From Malacoraja senta (lineage: Eukaryota): DNA of 64,000 nt. Every line of letters starts with the position of its first letter. The first letter of the stretch is position 1. The position numbers and the translations under genes are program-made. The notes beneath the pieces are model-generated. The model had not been told where the DNA came from and searched no databases. It saw only the letters and a program-made list of their open reading frames with translations. Below, piece after piece: positions 1-12,486 of this stretch. The stretch covers positions 1 through 64,000 of the forward strand of contig JAXLNO010000029.1 in the NCBI GenBank assembly GCA_038087875.1, read 5' to 3'.

Positions 1-1416
1 GGAGACCAAAACTGTACGCAATACTCCAGGTGTGGTCTCACCAAGACCCTGTACAACTGCAGTAGAACCTCCCTGCTCCTATACTCAAATCCTCTTGCTA
101 TGAAGGCCAACATACCATTCGCTTTCTTCACTGCCTGCTGCACCTGCATGCCTACTTTCAATGACTGGTGTACCATGACACCCAGGTCTCGCTGCACCTC
201 CCCATTTCCTAATCGGCCACCATTTAGATAATAGTCTGCCTTCCCGTTTTTGCCACCAAAGTGGATAACCTCACATTTATCCACATTATACTGCATCTGC
301 CAAACATTTGCCCACTCACCCAGCCTATCCAAGTCACCTTGCAGTCTCCTAGCATCCTCCTCACAGCTAACACTGCCCCCCAGCTTAGTGTCATCCGCAA
401 ACTTGGAGATGTTGCTTTCAATTCCCTCGTCCAGATCATTCATATAAATTGTAAATAGCTGGGGTCCCAGCACTGAGCCTTGCGGTACCCCACTAGTCAC
501 TGCCTGCCATTGTGAAAAGGACCCGTTAACTTCTACTCTTTGCTTCCTGTTTGCCAGCCAGTTCTCTATCCACATCAATACTGAACCCCCAATACCGTGA
601 GATTTAAGTTTGTATCCTAATCTCTTATGTGGTACCTTGTCGAAAGCCTTCTGAAAGTCCAGATACAACACATCCACTGGTTCTCCCCTATCCACTCTAC
701 TAGTTACATCCTCGAAAAATTCTATAAGATTCGTCAGACACGATTTACCTTTCGTAAATCCATGCTGACTTTGTCCAATGATTTCACCACTTTCCAAATG
801 TGCTGCTATCCCATCTTTAATAACTGACTCTAGCAGTTTCCCCACTACCGATGTTAGACTAACTGGTCTGTAATTCCCCATTTTCTCTCTCCCTCCCTTC
901 TTAAAAAGTGGGGTTACGTTTGCTACCCTCCAATCCTCAGGAACTACTCCAGAATCTAAAGAATTTTGAAAAATTATCACTAATGCATCCACTATTTCTG
1001 GAGCTACTTCCTTAAGTACTCTGGGATGCAGCCTATCTGGCCTGGTGATTTATCGGCCTTTAATCCATTCAATTTACCCAACACCACTTCCCGACTAACC
1101 TGGATTTCACTCAGTTCCTCCATCTCCTTTGACCCGCGGCCCCCTGCTATTTCCGGCAGATTATTTATGTCTTCCTTAGTGAAGACGGAACCAAAGTAGT
1201 TATTCAATTGGTCCGCCATATCCTTGTTCCCCATGATCAATTCACCTGTTTCTGACTGCAAGGGACCTACATTTGTTTTAACTAATCTCTTTCTCTTCAC
1301 ATATCTATAAAAACTTTTGCAGTCAGTTTTTATGTTCCCTGCCAGTTTCCTTTCATAATCTATTTTCCCTTTCCTAATTAAGCCCTTTGTCCTCCTCTGC
1401 TGGTCTCTGAATTTCG
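1..1416 (-). mobile_element. CR1 LINE ORF2 fragment (RT region), runs off the window start
   Basis: Minus ORFs 1004-1525 (RKLAGNIKTDCKSFYRYVKRKR...LKADKSPG) and the reverse complement of GVPQGSVLGP/KFADDTKLGG; nearly the same sequence as the plus-strand CR1 at about 37620-39040. Confidence 0.92.
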
Positions 1417-1699
1417 TCCTCTGGTATCCCTGTATGAGGGATCCTCCTTGCCTGTGGTAATCTGTTGCCGGTCCTGATTTGTCCTGGTCCTTTCTTGCTT
1501 CCAACCCACCCCCTCCCACCCACAATCAGTCCAAAGAAGGGTCCTGATCCGAAACATCACCTATCCATGTTCTCCACAGATGCTGCCTGACCCACTGAGT
1601 TATTCCAGCACTCTGTGAAACGTCACCTATCCATTTTCTCCAGAGATGCTGGCTCACCTGCTGAGTTACTCCAGCACTTTGTGTCTATCATTAAGAACC

Positions 1700-1950
1700 T
1701 TTGGTGCAGCAGACCCTGGTTCGATCCTGACTACGGGTGCTGTCTGTACGGAGTTTGTATGTTCTCCCCGTGACCGTGTGGGTTTTCTCCGGGTGCTCTG
1801 GTTTCCTCCCACATCTCAAAGACATGAGGGTTTGTAGGTTAATTGGCTTCTGTACATTGTCCCTAGTGTGTAGGATGATCATTGGTCGGTGCGGACTCGG
1901 TGGGCCGAAGGGCCCGTTTCCACGCTGTATCTCTAAAAGTAAAACTAAAA
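1700..1950 (+). mobile_element. tRNA-derived V-SINE/HE1-like SINE
   Basis: B-box-like GGTTCGATCC followed by the conserved core ggagtttgtatgttctccccgtg...ggtttcctcccaca...aaagac; same family recurs more than 10 times in the window. Confidence 0.8.
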
Positions 1951-2382
1951 GGTATGTAGCATGACTTTTGCGACGTTTTGCATCAGCATCTTTTGAACAT
2001 TTCAGTGTTCATCAGGATTAAACACTGTTTGGCTAATTAGATCAAAATATAGGAAGAGTTTACAGACCATACATGAGAAGTTGCACATTCCACGACTAAT
2101 CATGTTTAAAAGAACATATTAATCAAAACGCTAAACTGATTTCTGGACTTGTTGTGAATCTCACTTCTCCAATTCATTTGGGTCATTAGACTATTTATGG
2201 GAAACATCTGTGTAACCAGAACCAGCAAGGAAAACAGCTGGATTCATAGCAATGGGCAGCCAGAAATCCTTGTACTTTAATGGAAATCCTACTGAGAATC
2301 CTGTAACAGAGAACGCCACTTTTTGTAATTGGAAAGCTCATTCAGGTACAACAGCAAGGATTTACAGTTGGATATATTCAGG

Positions 2383-2670
2383 GGCGGCCCAGTGGTAGAG
2401 TTGCTGCCTCACAGCGCCAGATACCCAGGTTCGATTCTGACTACGGGTCCTGTTGGTACGGAGTTTGTACGTTCGGCCCGTGACTCAGTGGGTTTTCTCC
2501 GGGGGCTCTGGTTTCCTCCCACTGTCCAAAGATGTACAAGTTTGTAGCTTAATTGGCTTCGGTAAAATGGTAAATTGTCCCTATGGGCGAGTATTAGTGT
2601 GCGGGTAATCGCTGGTCGGCACGGACTCAGTGGGCTGAAGGGCCTGTTTCTGCGCTGTACCTCTTAGCTA
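2383..2670 (+). mobile_element. V-SINE/HE1-like SINE
   Basis: A-box-like agtggtagagttgctgcctcacagc, GGTTCGATT, and the same core as the 1700 copy. Confidence 0.8.
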
Positions 2671-2892
2671 AACCTTCTGGAATTGTGCCCAAATGTCCAA
2701 TATATTTTGGAAGTCTACCTTTGAAACATGACAGATGTTTTACAGATGGCAACAGACTTGAGTCCGAAGAAGGGTCTGGACCCAAAATATCACCTATTCT
2801 TTTTCTCCAGAGATGTTGTCTGATCCGCTGTTTTTTGTGTCTATCTTCGGTGTAAACCAGCATCTGTAGTTCCTTCCTACGTCTTGTAAATG

Positions 2893-3320
2893 TTACTGTA
2901 TCAAATGTTGGTACAAAATGGGGAAAGTGGGGGCGCAGATGCGATGGCTGGTAGGGTGGAAGGTGAGGACAAGGGGGATTCTGTCCTTGTTATGAGTAGG
3001 GGGATGGGGAGTGAGAGCGGAGCTGCGGGATATAGAGGAGACCCTGGTGAGAGCCTCATCTATAATCGAAGAGGGGAACCCCCATTCCCTAAAGAATGAG
3101 GATTTCCCCGATGCCCTGGTCTGGAACACCTCATCCTGGGTGCAGATGCGGTGTAGATGGAGGAATTGGGAGTGGGGGAGGAATGGGTAAAAGGGAGAAT
3201 ATGAAAACAAAGAACTGCTGATGCTGGACATAAAATGTTGGAGTAACTCAGCAGGTCAGACAGCATCTCTGGATAGAAGGAATGGGTGACGTTTCGGGTT
3301 GAGACCCTTCTTCAAACTGC
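2893..3320 (-). mobile_element. Penelope-like element fragment (RT C-terminal/linker region plus terminal repeat)
   Basis: ORF 2893-3231 (PHSQFLHLHRICTQDEVF...GFPSSIIDEAL...RIPLVLTFHP) is typical of Penelope-like ORFs; adjacent hammerhead-like motif at about 3283-3315. Confidence 0.8.
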
Positions 3321-3949
3321 TCCACTGCAGATGCTGGTCTACACAAAATATCTGAGTGGGACAGTATCTCTGGAGAACATGGATAGGCAATGTTTTGGGT
3401 CGGCAATAATGTTAATTGTATCCCCTCGTTATAACCTCTTCCTCAGCCAACAATGGGCCATTATGGGCTCCACCCTTCCTTGGTCATCTGTTGCTGGCAC
3501 TGATTTGTTCTATATTGGTCCATGTGTTTAAGAGAGTTAGATTTAGCTATTAGGGCTAATGGAATCAAGAGGGATGTGGGGAGAAATCAGGAACAGGGTA
3601 CTGATTCTGGATGATCAGCCATGATCATATTAAATGGCGGTGCTGGCTCAAAGGGTCGAATGGCCTACTCCTGCACCTATTTTCTATGTTTCTATTCTAT
3701 TCTTACCTCCAATTCCCTCCCCTCTATTTTCAGTCTGAAGGAGAGTCCCGACCCGAAACGTCACCCACGTTAGAGCTGCTGCCTTACAGCGCCAGAGACC
3801 CAGGTTCGATCCACACTATGAGTGCTGTCTGTATGGAGTTTTACGTTCTCCCCGTGACCTTTGTGGGATTTCTCCAGGTGCTCCGGTTTCCTCCCACATG
3901 CCAAAGACGCTAGGGTTTTAATTGGCTTCGGTAAAAATTATAAATTACC

Positions 3950-4494
3950 CCGAATTGGTAAAGCTGCATCAATCTTCAGACAAATGCAGCCAATATGGTC
4001 TAGTGGTGGGATATCCAAGATGCTAAAAGTCAAACTCTTCCAGTCCGCAGTCCTCCCTACAGCCCTCTGTGCCACTGACACATGGAAAATCAATGTTAAG
4101 ATGAAAAAGAAATTGGATGCATCCCAACAACGTTGCTTGAGGAGGATCCTGAAGACTAGCTAGAGACCACATCACAAACGAGGAGATCTACCGGGAAACT
4201 GCAACAAAGCCTTTCATCCAGGACATGGAGGGACACAGGATGAAATCTGCAGGACATGTACTCAGAATGTCAGCAGAACGTGCACCTAAGATAGCAATGA
4301 CATGGCAAGCTGACGGAAGAAGGAAAAGAGGCCGACCAAAACTCACATGAGGTGAACATTCTGGTAGGATTTGGAAGCCCGGGACGCTAACCTATCGAGG
4401 GTGGAAGACGTCGCACATAACCGAACAGAATGGCGAAAGCTTACTGCCCAATGCACTCAACAGTGCGGGAGGAACTAAGTCTAAGTAAGTAAGT
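3950..4494 (+). mobile_element. 5'-truncated RTE-clade LINE inserted into a SINE
   Basis: RIGKAASIFRQMQPIWSS...KVKLFQSAVLPT...QQRCLRRIL; (TAAG)n tail at about 4476-4494; SINE head at 3768-3950 resumes at about 4495-4590. Confidence 0.85.
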
Positions 4495-5293
4495 GTGTGT
4501 AGGATAGCGTTAGTGTGCGGGGATCGCTGATCGGCATGGACTCGGTAGGTTGAAGGGACCGGTTTCCGTGCTGTATCTCTAAACAAAACAAAAAAATTAC
4601 CCATCGTTTTCTCCAGATATGTTGCCCGGCCCATTGAGTAACTCCAGCACTTTGTGTCTATCTCGATAATGTTATTGAAGGGAGTTACCATAAATAGTGC
4701 GTGAACAGCTTATTGGGAAATTAGACTTGTGCTTGGATCTGTGATGTGTAAGAGATGGCTGTACTCCCAATACCTAATCCATACCATGGAACCAAACTCA
4801 GAACAACAAATAAACAACATGCAGGGAGCAGCGGTTAAGGTCAGAGCAGAAAAATAACAGCCGCCAAAGCCTAGTGCGTTAAATATCTCAAAACTTTATT
4901 TCAAAAAACAAATTGATGCACTGAAATTCATGAATAATAGCTATTTTCTTAAAAACTAATTAAAAACAGGGAATATTCAAAACTATTTACAAAAGTATAT
5001 ATACAGAAGGTTTCACTGATACCGCAGGCAATTTGTGTTTAACATCTGTGTCCAATACCGTAGATACATTTTCTTTTTACATTAGTGAACTCAATGCTGA
5101 GAGAAAGTGCCGAGATTTTGAAACTTTCATGTAGGTGGTGGTTCGGGGCAGTCCGTGTCTGATGAACATATTAGTTACTGGTGTTTCAGCTAAGGTGGAA
5201 GGAAGAGAGGGAAAAAAGAGTAGGAACTCCAGATCTTTGTTTGTGAGCTTCTTCGAAAACTTGCTCTCTGGAGATCATAGGCACATGGTTACC

Positions 5294-5309
5294 GAGAGAG
5301 AGAGAAAGC

Positions 5310-5350
<41 letters not shown>

Positions 5351-5540
5351 AGAGACAGAGAAAGAGAGAGAGAGAGAGTGACAGTGAGTGAGTGAGTGTG
5401 ACAGTGAGAGAGTGAGTGTGAGTGTGAGTGAGTGTGTTAGTGAATGTGAGTGAGAGTGAGTGAGAGTGAATGAGAGTGTGAGTGAGTGAGTGAGTGTGAG
5501 TAGATGAGTGAGTGAGAGTGTGAGTGAGGGAGTGAGTGTA
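5294..5540. repeat. (GA)n / (GAGT)n compound microsatellite
   Basis: Directly visible. Confidence 0.95.
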
Positions 5541-6519
5541 GTGGCCTTTTGGCTTAATTTTTTGTGTCATAAATTATGGAATTTGCCTTTAAATGTTGTC
5601 TGCCTCTAATTATGTGGGTGGGATATATTATGTAGTCGGAGGCGTGTTTGCTGCTGGGATTCTTGGAAGAAACTTGTAGCTTTTTATTTAGTTCGGAGCA
5701 AGCATGGTGGGACAGTATAGCTTTCGACCAATGGTCAGAGCTTTCCAACACCAAAGACGTTTTCTAATGTTTCGGAGCCACATGCTGGAGTTTGACATAG
5801 ATTAAAATGTACTTATCAAGAAGAGGTTTAGATGAATATCTGACTGTTTTACTTTGACAATAAAGAAACTATTAATCAAGAGAGTTTGTTTTGATGATTT
5901 ATCTTTCTACGGCTTTGAATGTCTCGTGGAGAGTTCCCATTCGTAAAACGACGCTATCTCCTCACCCCGTGTCTTCTCCTAGTGGCTAGAGGGAGCAAAT
6001 CCTTGAACAATATAATAATCTGCCATTACATCGAGTCGAAAGCTACCTTACAGTCAGGAGGTGGTAGAAGAGGGACAGATTGGCCTGGATCTCTGGAGAG
6101 AGATTACGCCCGAAAATTAGTACCAGAAGAGGAACTGAAGACTGGTTCCTTGGAAGAGGAACTGAAGAAAATAGATCTCGGCCAGCCAGGTTTACTCCTG
6201 GAGCCTTTTCCTTGACTGGATATAGCCACAAGGCAGTGGAGGTTTTAAATCAGAGTTTTACCTCTCCTAGATGGACTGCCTTCCCAGGCTGACGAGCCCC
6301 ATCTGTCCGAGACTCGTGGGGACGGGAGCGTCTACCTTCCCGTGCAGGTCTATAGCACCTGCCCACTGCCCAGAATCGTGTGTAGAACAACTATTCTACT
6401 ATGTTGAATTCAGAAGCTGGAATGTTTACTTCAAACAGCTTCTGAAGAGTCTGGAGAAATTTAGTTCTGCTAAAGTTTGGAAAGAAGCCAAGAAGCTTGT
6501 TCGCTTGCCAGCCTGGAAA

Positions 6520-6900
6520 ACATGAAACAGGAGCCATGCAACAAGGTGCTGGAATGGAAGAGGTGATTACACCACAAGATAATATTTCAAATGTATCTAC
6601 ACAAAGATCAGGACATAAATCTGGTTCTATAGCCAGTAAAGCATCAAGGGCCTCTGCTCGAATGGAAGTTGAAGTTGATCTAGCTGCACTCTCAATAGAA
6701 TCAAATAGCTTGGAGAAGAAACATGAGATTGAGCGACAAGAGGAACAGCTGAAAGGAGAGATGAGGTGACAAGAGGAACAGCTGAGAGAAGAGATGAGGT
6801 GACAAGAAGAAGATATGAGGCGACGAAAAGCACACCTGGAACTAGCCACAAAGTTGGCGGTTGCCAAATCGATGAAGGAGATAATGAAAAGTGAGGGTTT
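6520..6900 (+). mobile_element. BEL/Pao gag-like fragment
   Basis: ITPQDNISNVSTQRS...SKASRASARMEVEVDLAALS...LEKKHEIERQEEQL: Ser-rich then coiled-coil pattern like fish BEL/Pao Gag; in-frame stops. Confidence 0.55.
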
Positions 6901-6950
6901 GTAGATTAACCCTTATTGATCCATGCCATTTATAATCTCCACTACACATA

Positions 6951-7545
6951 TGTCCATATCACCGTTTACATGGTATTACGGTACTACACAGCTTTACATT
7001 AGCAAGGTCAGCTTGCTCTCGCTCTCTCTCTCACACAAGCCACACTGAGCTGAATGAGAATGGCTGGCAGTTTAAATGTTCCTGTATACTTATGGAATAA
7101 AGACTGATGTTTTACCATATGTATTAGTGTGGATTAATCATAAACATGGTGTCAGAAGTGGGATGGAGCCATGTCTACGACCCTTTTGCCTGAATTTATT
7201 TTAGTTTATTTTTTTTACAACGAACCATCGCTCGCTTATTATGGCTGAGTCTTTTCGTAAACCAGATCCTTTAATGATCGACAGCGAATGTGCCGAACGT
7301 AGTCACATCTTCAAAGTGGAATTCGGAATTTTCATAGATGCTGCCCACCCAGGGACTGCTCCATAACTGTCGTAACTGCTGTGGCTCACACCCGAAATTC
7401 TGTGAGCAATGCCCCACTTACGACAAAACTTGCCACTACTGTAAAAAGAAAGGCCACTTTATCCGGTGCTGCCACGCTCGTGACAACAGGGCCCAGTCAA
7501 AACCAAAGATTATAGAGGAGCAAGATGCGTCACTCAGCGAAAAAC
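6951..7545 (+). mobile_element. Ty3/Gypsy 5' remnant: LTR end, PBS and internally deleted gag
   Basis: AATAAA then ...TAAACA (7146), followed by PBS TGGTGTCAGAAGTGGGAT (7147-7164, tRNA-Leu type); gag start MAESFRKPDPL jumps to zinc knuckles CRNCCGSH...CHYCKKKGHFIRCC; LTR start approximate. Confidence 0.8.
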
Positions 7546-7613
7546 GCGTAGTATGACGTGTGATTGTCGACGCCATTTTATAGGGCATTTTATAGGGCAG
7601 CCCGCACACTGTA

Positions 7614-8844
7614 ATGGCGTCCACATCTACAGCTCGGTGTAAATTGCTCTAATCGCCGATGTTGACAACTCAACCTGTCTTTCTTCAGGTTCCCCAACAA
7701 CAAAGAAAGGTGAGGAAATATTATTGTTTTCCATCGACATTATGTTGTCCTGAAAATGTTATTTTTTGCTCCCCTATCGACACTGATTGGGAAACTAGTG
7801 TTGTTGGTACGTTAGAAAGTTACTAGATTTTTTTTAATAGATCTAAACTTACCACAATAATAAAGTCAGCATTTTTTGTTCTTCTGTACATTTTTCTTTT
7901 GTTTCTGTCCGGCAGGAGTCTCCAAAATATGGTCCGTAGGGAGAGAGGGAGAGAGAGAGAGATGGGGCAGAGAGAGATGGGGAGAGAGACACATCAGGCC
8001 CATCACAAGATTTTAACCTCAGATTCGAGTCGGGGAGCGCAGCGACCCGGGGCTGCTCTTAGTGTAGTTACCAATTAGATCCCTCGAATTGTCAGAGCCG
8101 AGACATCGCTGGGCCGCCGTGAAGAAGGGTGCAATGGTGCGGTGCGGGGTTCGGCGGCTGTCAAAATGGGGCGGCTGTGCGTTATAACGTTCCATCGTTC
8201 CTCTCTCTCCCCTTCTCTCTCTGCCCCCTCCATCTCTCTCTCCTTCTCTCCCTCTCTCTCTCCTCTCCCTGTCTCTCTCTATCTCGGTCTCTGCCCCATC
8301 TGCCTTTTTCTCTCTCCCTCCCCTCTCTCTCTGTCTGTCTCTGCCTGAGAGTTGGTAGTCCTGCTAGTGTCTTAGGTCCAAAAGAGGATAGAAAGAAAAT
8401 ACTTTAAATGGTCTACATTAGAAGTTTTAAATAATCTCTACTACATTAGTGGCAAAATGCATCTTCAATATACAGGTCTCTCCCCACAACTGAACAATTG
8501 CACTTAAATGATATATCATCCATTCTGCAGATATGTAGTTATAACTACATTTTTTCCTTCTTAGTTAATCCAATATGAGATTTTCTGTAATTTCAGATGT
8601 CGACAGCGGGTCCAGAATACTCGTCGACAAGATCTCCACCACCAAACTCTGGTGTACTTGTCAACCACCTGCCGTCTTTGTTCTGAACACTGAACTTGAC
8701 TAGTTTTCCAAGAGGCAGACCAATGACAGGCTAAATTGCAATGCAGTTCCAACGCTATTTGACATCCCGAACACGCCGAAACGTCTGTTTTCCCAAGAGG
8801 AAGTATTAGAACCTCCCGTTACCCACACAAAATTGTGCAAATGA
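7614..8844 (+). pseudogene. Two-exon THAP zinc-finger domain relic (probably from a DNA transposon)
   Basis: Exon 7614-7709 (VNCSNRRC*QLNLSFFRFPNNKER, donor ag|GTGAGG); exon from 8597 (tttcAG|; CRQRVQNTRRQDL...RLCSEH, frameshift, NAVPTLFDIPNTP, TGA 8842-8844); matches THAP FxFP, LCxxH and AVPTIF motifs. Confidence 0.75.
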
Positions 8845-9296
8845 CGATTTATTTATTATTGTATATAGGTTGGAAATTTTGTTCTTTGGGGTAAGCAAGG
8901 GGTGGGGCTATCATTATCACTTTCAAAACACTGCAACCCCATGTATATGTCGTGCACAAAATGATGCGAATTATGTAAATATTACCATAAATGACGGAAA
9001 TAAAAAGTGTTTTCATTGTTTATAAAGTTCAATTTAGAGTTATTTGAAACTGTGAAGGTTAGTGCAATATAGGGCTGACCCACAAATGTGTCGTTATGAG
9101 ACATTCACATTTAAAAAATCCATGTCTCAAAAAAAAGCAAGAAGGTCCCCATATTATTTGACCAACTTATCGACTGAATTTAAATATGTAGGTATGTATG
9201 GACTACATTGTGTTACGCTAATTTAGAATGAAAGAATGGAAACATATTTCGACATTGTTTTCATGGATGTTTTATTCACAATATTAGGATTTCATA

Positions 9297-9373
<77 letters not shown>

Positions 9374-11790
9374 CAGTGGCTTGCAAAAGTTTTCATACCC
9401 CTTGAACTTTTCCACATTTTGTCACGTTACAACCACAAACGTAAATGTATTTTATTGGGATTTTATGTGATAGACCAACACAAAGTGGTGCATAATTGTG
9501 ATGTGGAAGGAAAATGAGATATGGTTTTCAAATTTTTTTACAAATAAAAAACTGAAAAGTGTGGCGTGCAAAGGTATTCAGCCCCCCCGAGCCAATACTT
9601 TGTAGAACCACCTTTCGCTGCAATTACAGCTGCAAGTCTTTTGGGGTATGTCTCTACCAGCTTTGCACATCTAGAGACTGAAATTTCTGCCCATTCTTCT
9701 TTGCAAAATAACTCAAGCTCAGTCAGATTGGATGGAGAGCGTCTGTGAACAGCAATTTTCAAGTCTTGCCAGAGATTCTCAATTGGATTTAGGTCTGGAC
9801 TTTGACTGGGCCATTTTATCACATGAATATGCTTTGATCTAAACCATTCCATTGTAGCTCTGGCTGTATGTTTAGAGTCGTTGCCCTGCTGGAAGGTGAA
9901 CCTCCGCCCCAGTCTCAAGTCTTTTGCAGACTCTAACAGGTTTTCTTCCAAGATTGCCCTGTATTTGGCTCCATCCATCCTCCCATTAACTCTGACCAGC
10001 TTCCCTGTCCCTGCTGTAGAAAAGCATCCCCACAGCATGATGCTGCCACCACCATGTTTCACAGTGGGGATGGTGTGTTTAGGGTGATGTGCAGTGTTAG
10101 TTTTCCGCCACACATAGCGTTTTGCATTTAGGCCAAAAACTTCAATTTTGGTCTCATACAATACAATACAATACAATACCGTTTATTATCATTTGGACCT
10201 CAAATGAAGTTCAAACGAAATTTGGTTTCTGCAGTCATACAACAAGAAAAGAACCAAGACACAACACAATTTAAACTAAACATCCATCACAGTGAATCTC
10301 CTCCTCACTGTGATGGAAGGCAAAGTCTTGTCTCTCCCCTGCACTCCCCATTCTCCTCCCGATGTCAAAGTCAAAGACCCCGGCGGGCAATGGCAAACAA
10401 GTCCCGCGGCCATAAAAGCCGCGCCGGGCAATGCAAGGCCACGCTCCGGGTCTCGATGTTGGAGCCCCCGGTAGCGCTAGCAAGTCCCGCGGCCATTTAA
10501 AGCCGCGCCGGGCGATGCAAGACCCCACTCCAGGCCATCTTCAACCCCGCAACTCGGGCGGGAGTAGCTGCCGTTGCGGAAGCCCCGAAAAGCGGTCTCC
10601 CACCAGGGACGCGCGAGCTCCCGATGCCACCGTCCACCGGGCCAGCGGCTGGAGCCTCTGAATCTCCGGGGCCGGGCCGCAGCAGCGCGCCACCACAGCT
10701 CCTCCCGTTCCAAACTCGGCCAGCTCCGCGATGGTGAGTAAGTCCGCCGGCTCCGCGACTGGAGCCCCAGGTCGTTTCGTTGGAGGCCGCTCCATGGTGC
10801 TAGGCCCCAATGACAACGGAGACCCAACAGAGAAAGGTCGGGTCTCCCGTGCAGGGAAAAGATTTAAAAAATGTCCCCACCCACCCCCCACACATACCCA
10901 GTTAAAAACAACACTATACACTACACACTACACTCAAACGAACAAAAAAATTAAAAAATGACCAGAGCACCTTCCTCCACATGTTTGCTGTGTCCCCAAC
11001 ATGGCTTGTGGCAAACTGCAAATGGGACTTCTTATGGCTTTTTTTCAACAATGGCTTTCTTCTTGCCACTCTTCCATAAAGGCCCGATTTGTGGAGTGCA
11101 CGACTAATAGTTGTCCTGTGGACAGATTCTCCCACCTGAGCTGTGGATCTCTGCAGCTCCTCCAGAGTTACCATGGGCCTCTTGGCTGCTTCTCTGATCA
11201 ATGCTCTCCTTGCCCGGCCTGTCAGTTTAGGTGGATGGCCACGTCTTGGTAGGTTTGCAGTTGTGCCATACTCTTTCCATTTTTGGATGATGGATTGAAC
11301 AGTGCTCCGTGAGATGTTCAAAGCTTGGGATATTTTTTTATAACCTTACCCTGCTTTAAACTTCTCCACAACCTTATCCCTGACCTGTCTGGTGTGTTCC
11401 TTGGGCTTCATGATGCTGTTTGTTCACTAATGTTCTCTAACAAACCTCTGAGGCCTTCACAGAACAGCTGTATTTATACTGAGATTAGATTACACACAAG
11501 TTGACTCTATTTACTAATTAGGTGACTTCTGAAGGCAATTGGTTGCACTGGATTTTATTTAGGGGTATCAGAGTAAAGGGGGCTGAATACTTTTGCACGC
11601 CACACTTTTCAGTTTTTTATTTGTAAAAAAATTTGAAAACCATGTATCATTTTCCTTCCACTTCACAATTATGCGCCACTTTGTGTTGGTCTATCACATA
11701 AAATCCCAATAAAATACATTTACGTTTGTGGTCGTAATGTGACAAAATGTGGAAAAGTTCAAGGGGTATGAATACTTTTGCAAGCCACTG
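9374..11790 (-). mobile_element. Full-length Tc1-family DNA transposon (inactive)
   Basis: About 210-bp TIRs starting CAGTGGCTTGCAAAAGT and ending ACTTTTGCAAGCCACTG, TA on both sides, within (TA)n tracts; transposase from ATG at about 11411 (HTH ORF 10914-11321; DDE ORF 9538-10176 with WPSQSPDLNPIENLW). Confidence 0.97.
10158..10958 (-). mobile_element. GC-rich non-coding retroposon inserted in the Tc1 transposase
   Basis: Minus-strand 3' end AATAAAcggt(ATTGT)n; splits the Tc1 sequence ggtctcat|tgaccagag. Confidence 0.8.
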
Positions 11791-12039
11791 TATGTGTGTG
11801 CATATGTATATACACATATATTGTGATATATATATATATATATATATTTGCATATATATATATTTATATATATATTTGCATATATATATATTGTGATACA
11901 CACACACACACGCACAAATATATATATACACACAGATTGAAAGAAAAAGGTTGCTAAAGAAATTAGAGGAAATCTGAAGAATGAAACTAGAGAAATATGT
12001 CAAGTCACTTTTATTTATATAGCCCATTTAAAAAACAAC

Positions 12040-12260
12040 CCTCGCACAACGCCACGCGTTAGGCGTACGCCATCAAGATGCCGCGTACGACATCAAGATG
12101 CTGCGTACGCCCGTCGAGACGCTGCGTACGCCCTCAATGTGCCTGCGGGCCGACAGGCCGTTGTCGCGCGGGATGTTCGGACAGTGCAAGAATTTTCATG
12201 CGTCCACGTTTGGTCGCGCTAGACGCATGCAATCGCATGCTGGTGGGGACAGGCCCTTAA
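12040..12260. mobile_element. Probable PIF/Harbinger-type MITE end
   Basis: Ends GGTGGGGACAGGCCC followed by TTAA; internal ~21-bp repeats (gcgtacgccatcaagatg); only one terminus seen. Confidence 0.4.
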
Positions 12261-12486
12261 CTTGCCTCTCACACACAGGCACACACAAACACACATTCAT
12301 ATAAATATATATATATAAGTTAAAGTTAATTTTGTGCACAGTGTGTGTTAAAACAATACAAGGGAAGCTGCACAATACAATGCAAGGGAAACTACGCAAA
12401 GGTGGCGGCTGGGGAGGAAAGATGGGAGGGAAATGGGGGAACAGGGGGAAAACATTTACAATAAAATTAACTAAAATATGTGAGGT

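Noticed and set aside
2383..2450. tRNA genes
   Set aside because: A/B-box sequences are SINE heads running into the SINE core; no complete cloverleaf
5135..5570. RE-rich and HTHSL-rich ORFs
   Set aside because: Translations of microsatellite
7938..8345. GA tract and CT tract as the inverted ends of a MITE
   Set aside because: Complementarity is only low-complexity; no defined TIR or TSD found
10204..10961. CpG-island promoter or short genes
   Set aside because: Lies within a retroposon inserted in Tc1; the ORFs overlap on both strands and show no motifs
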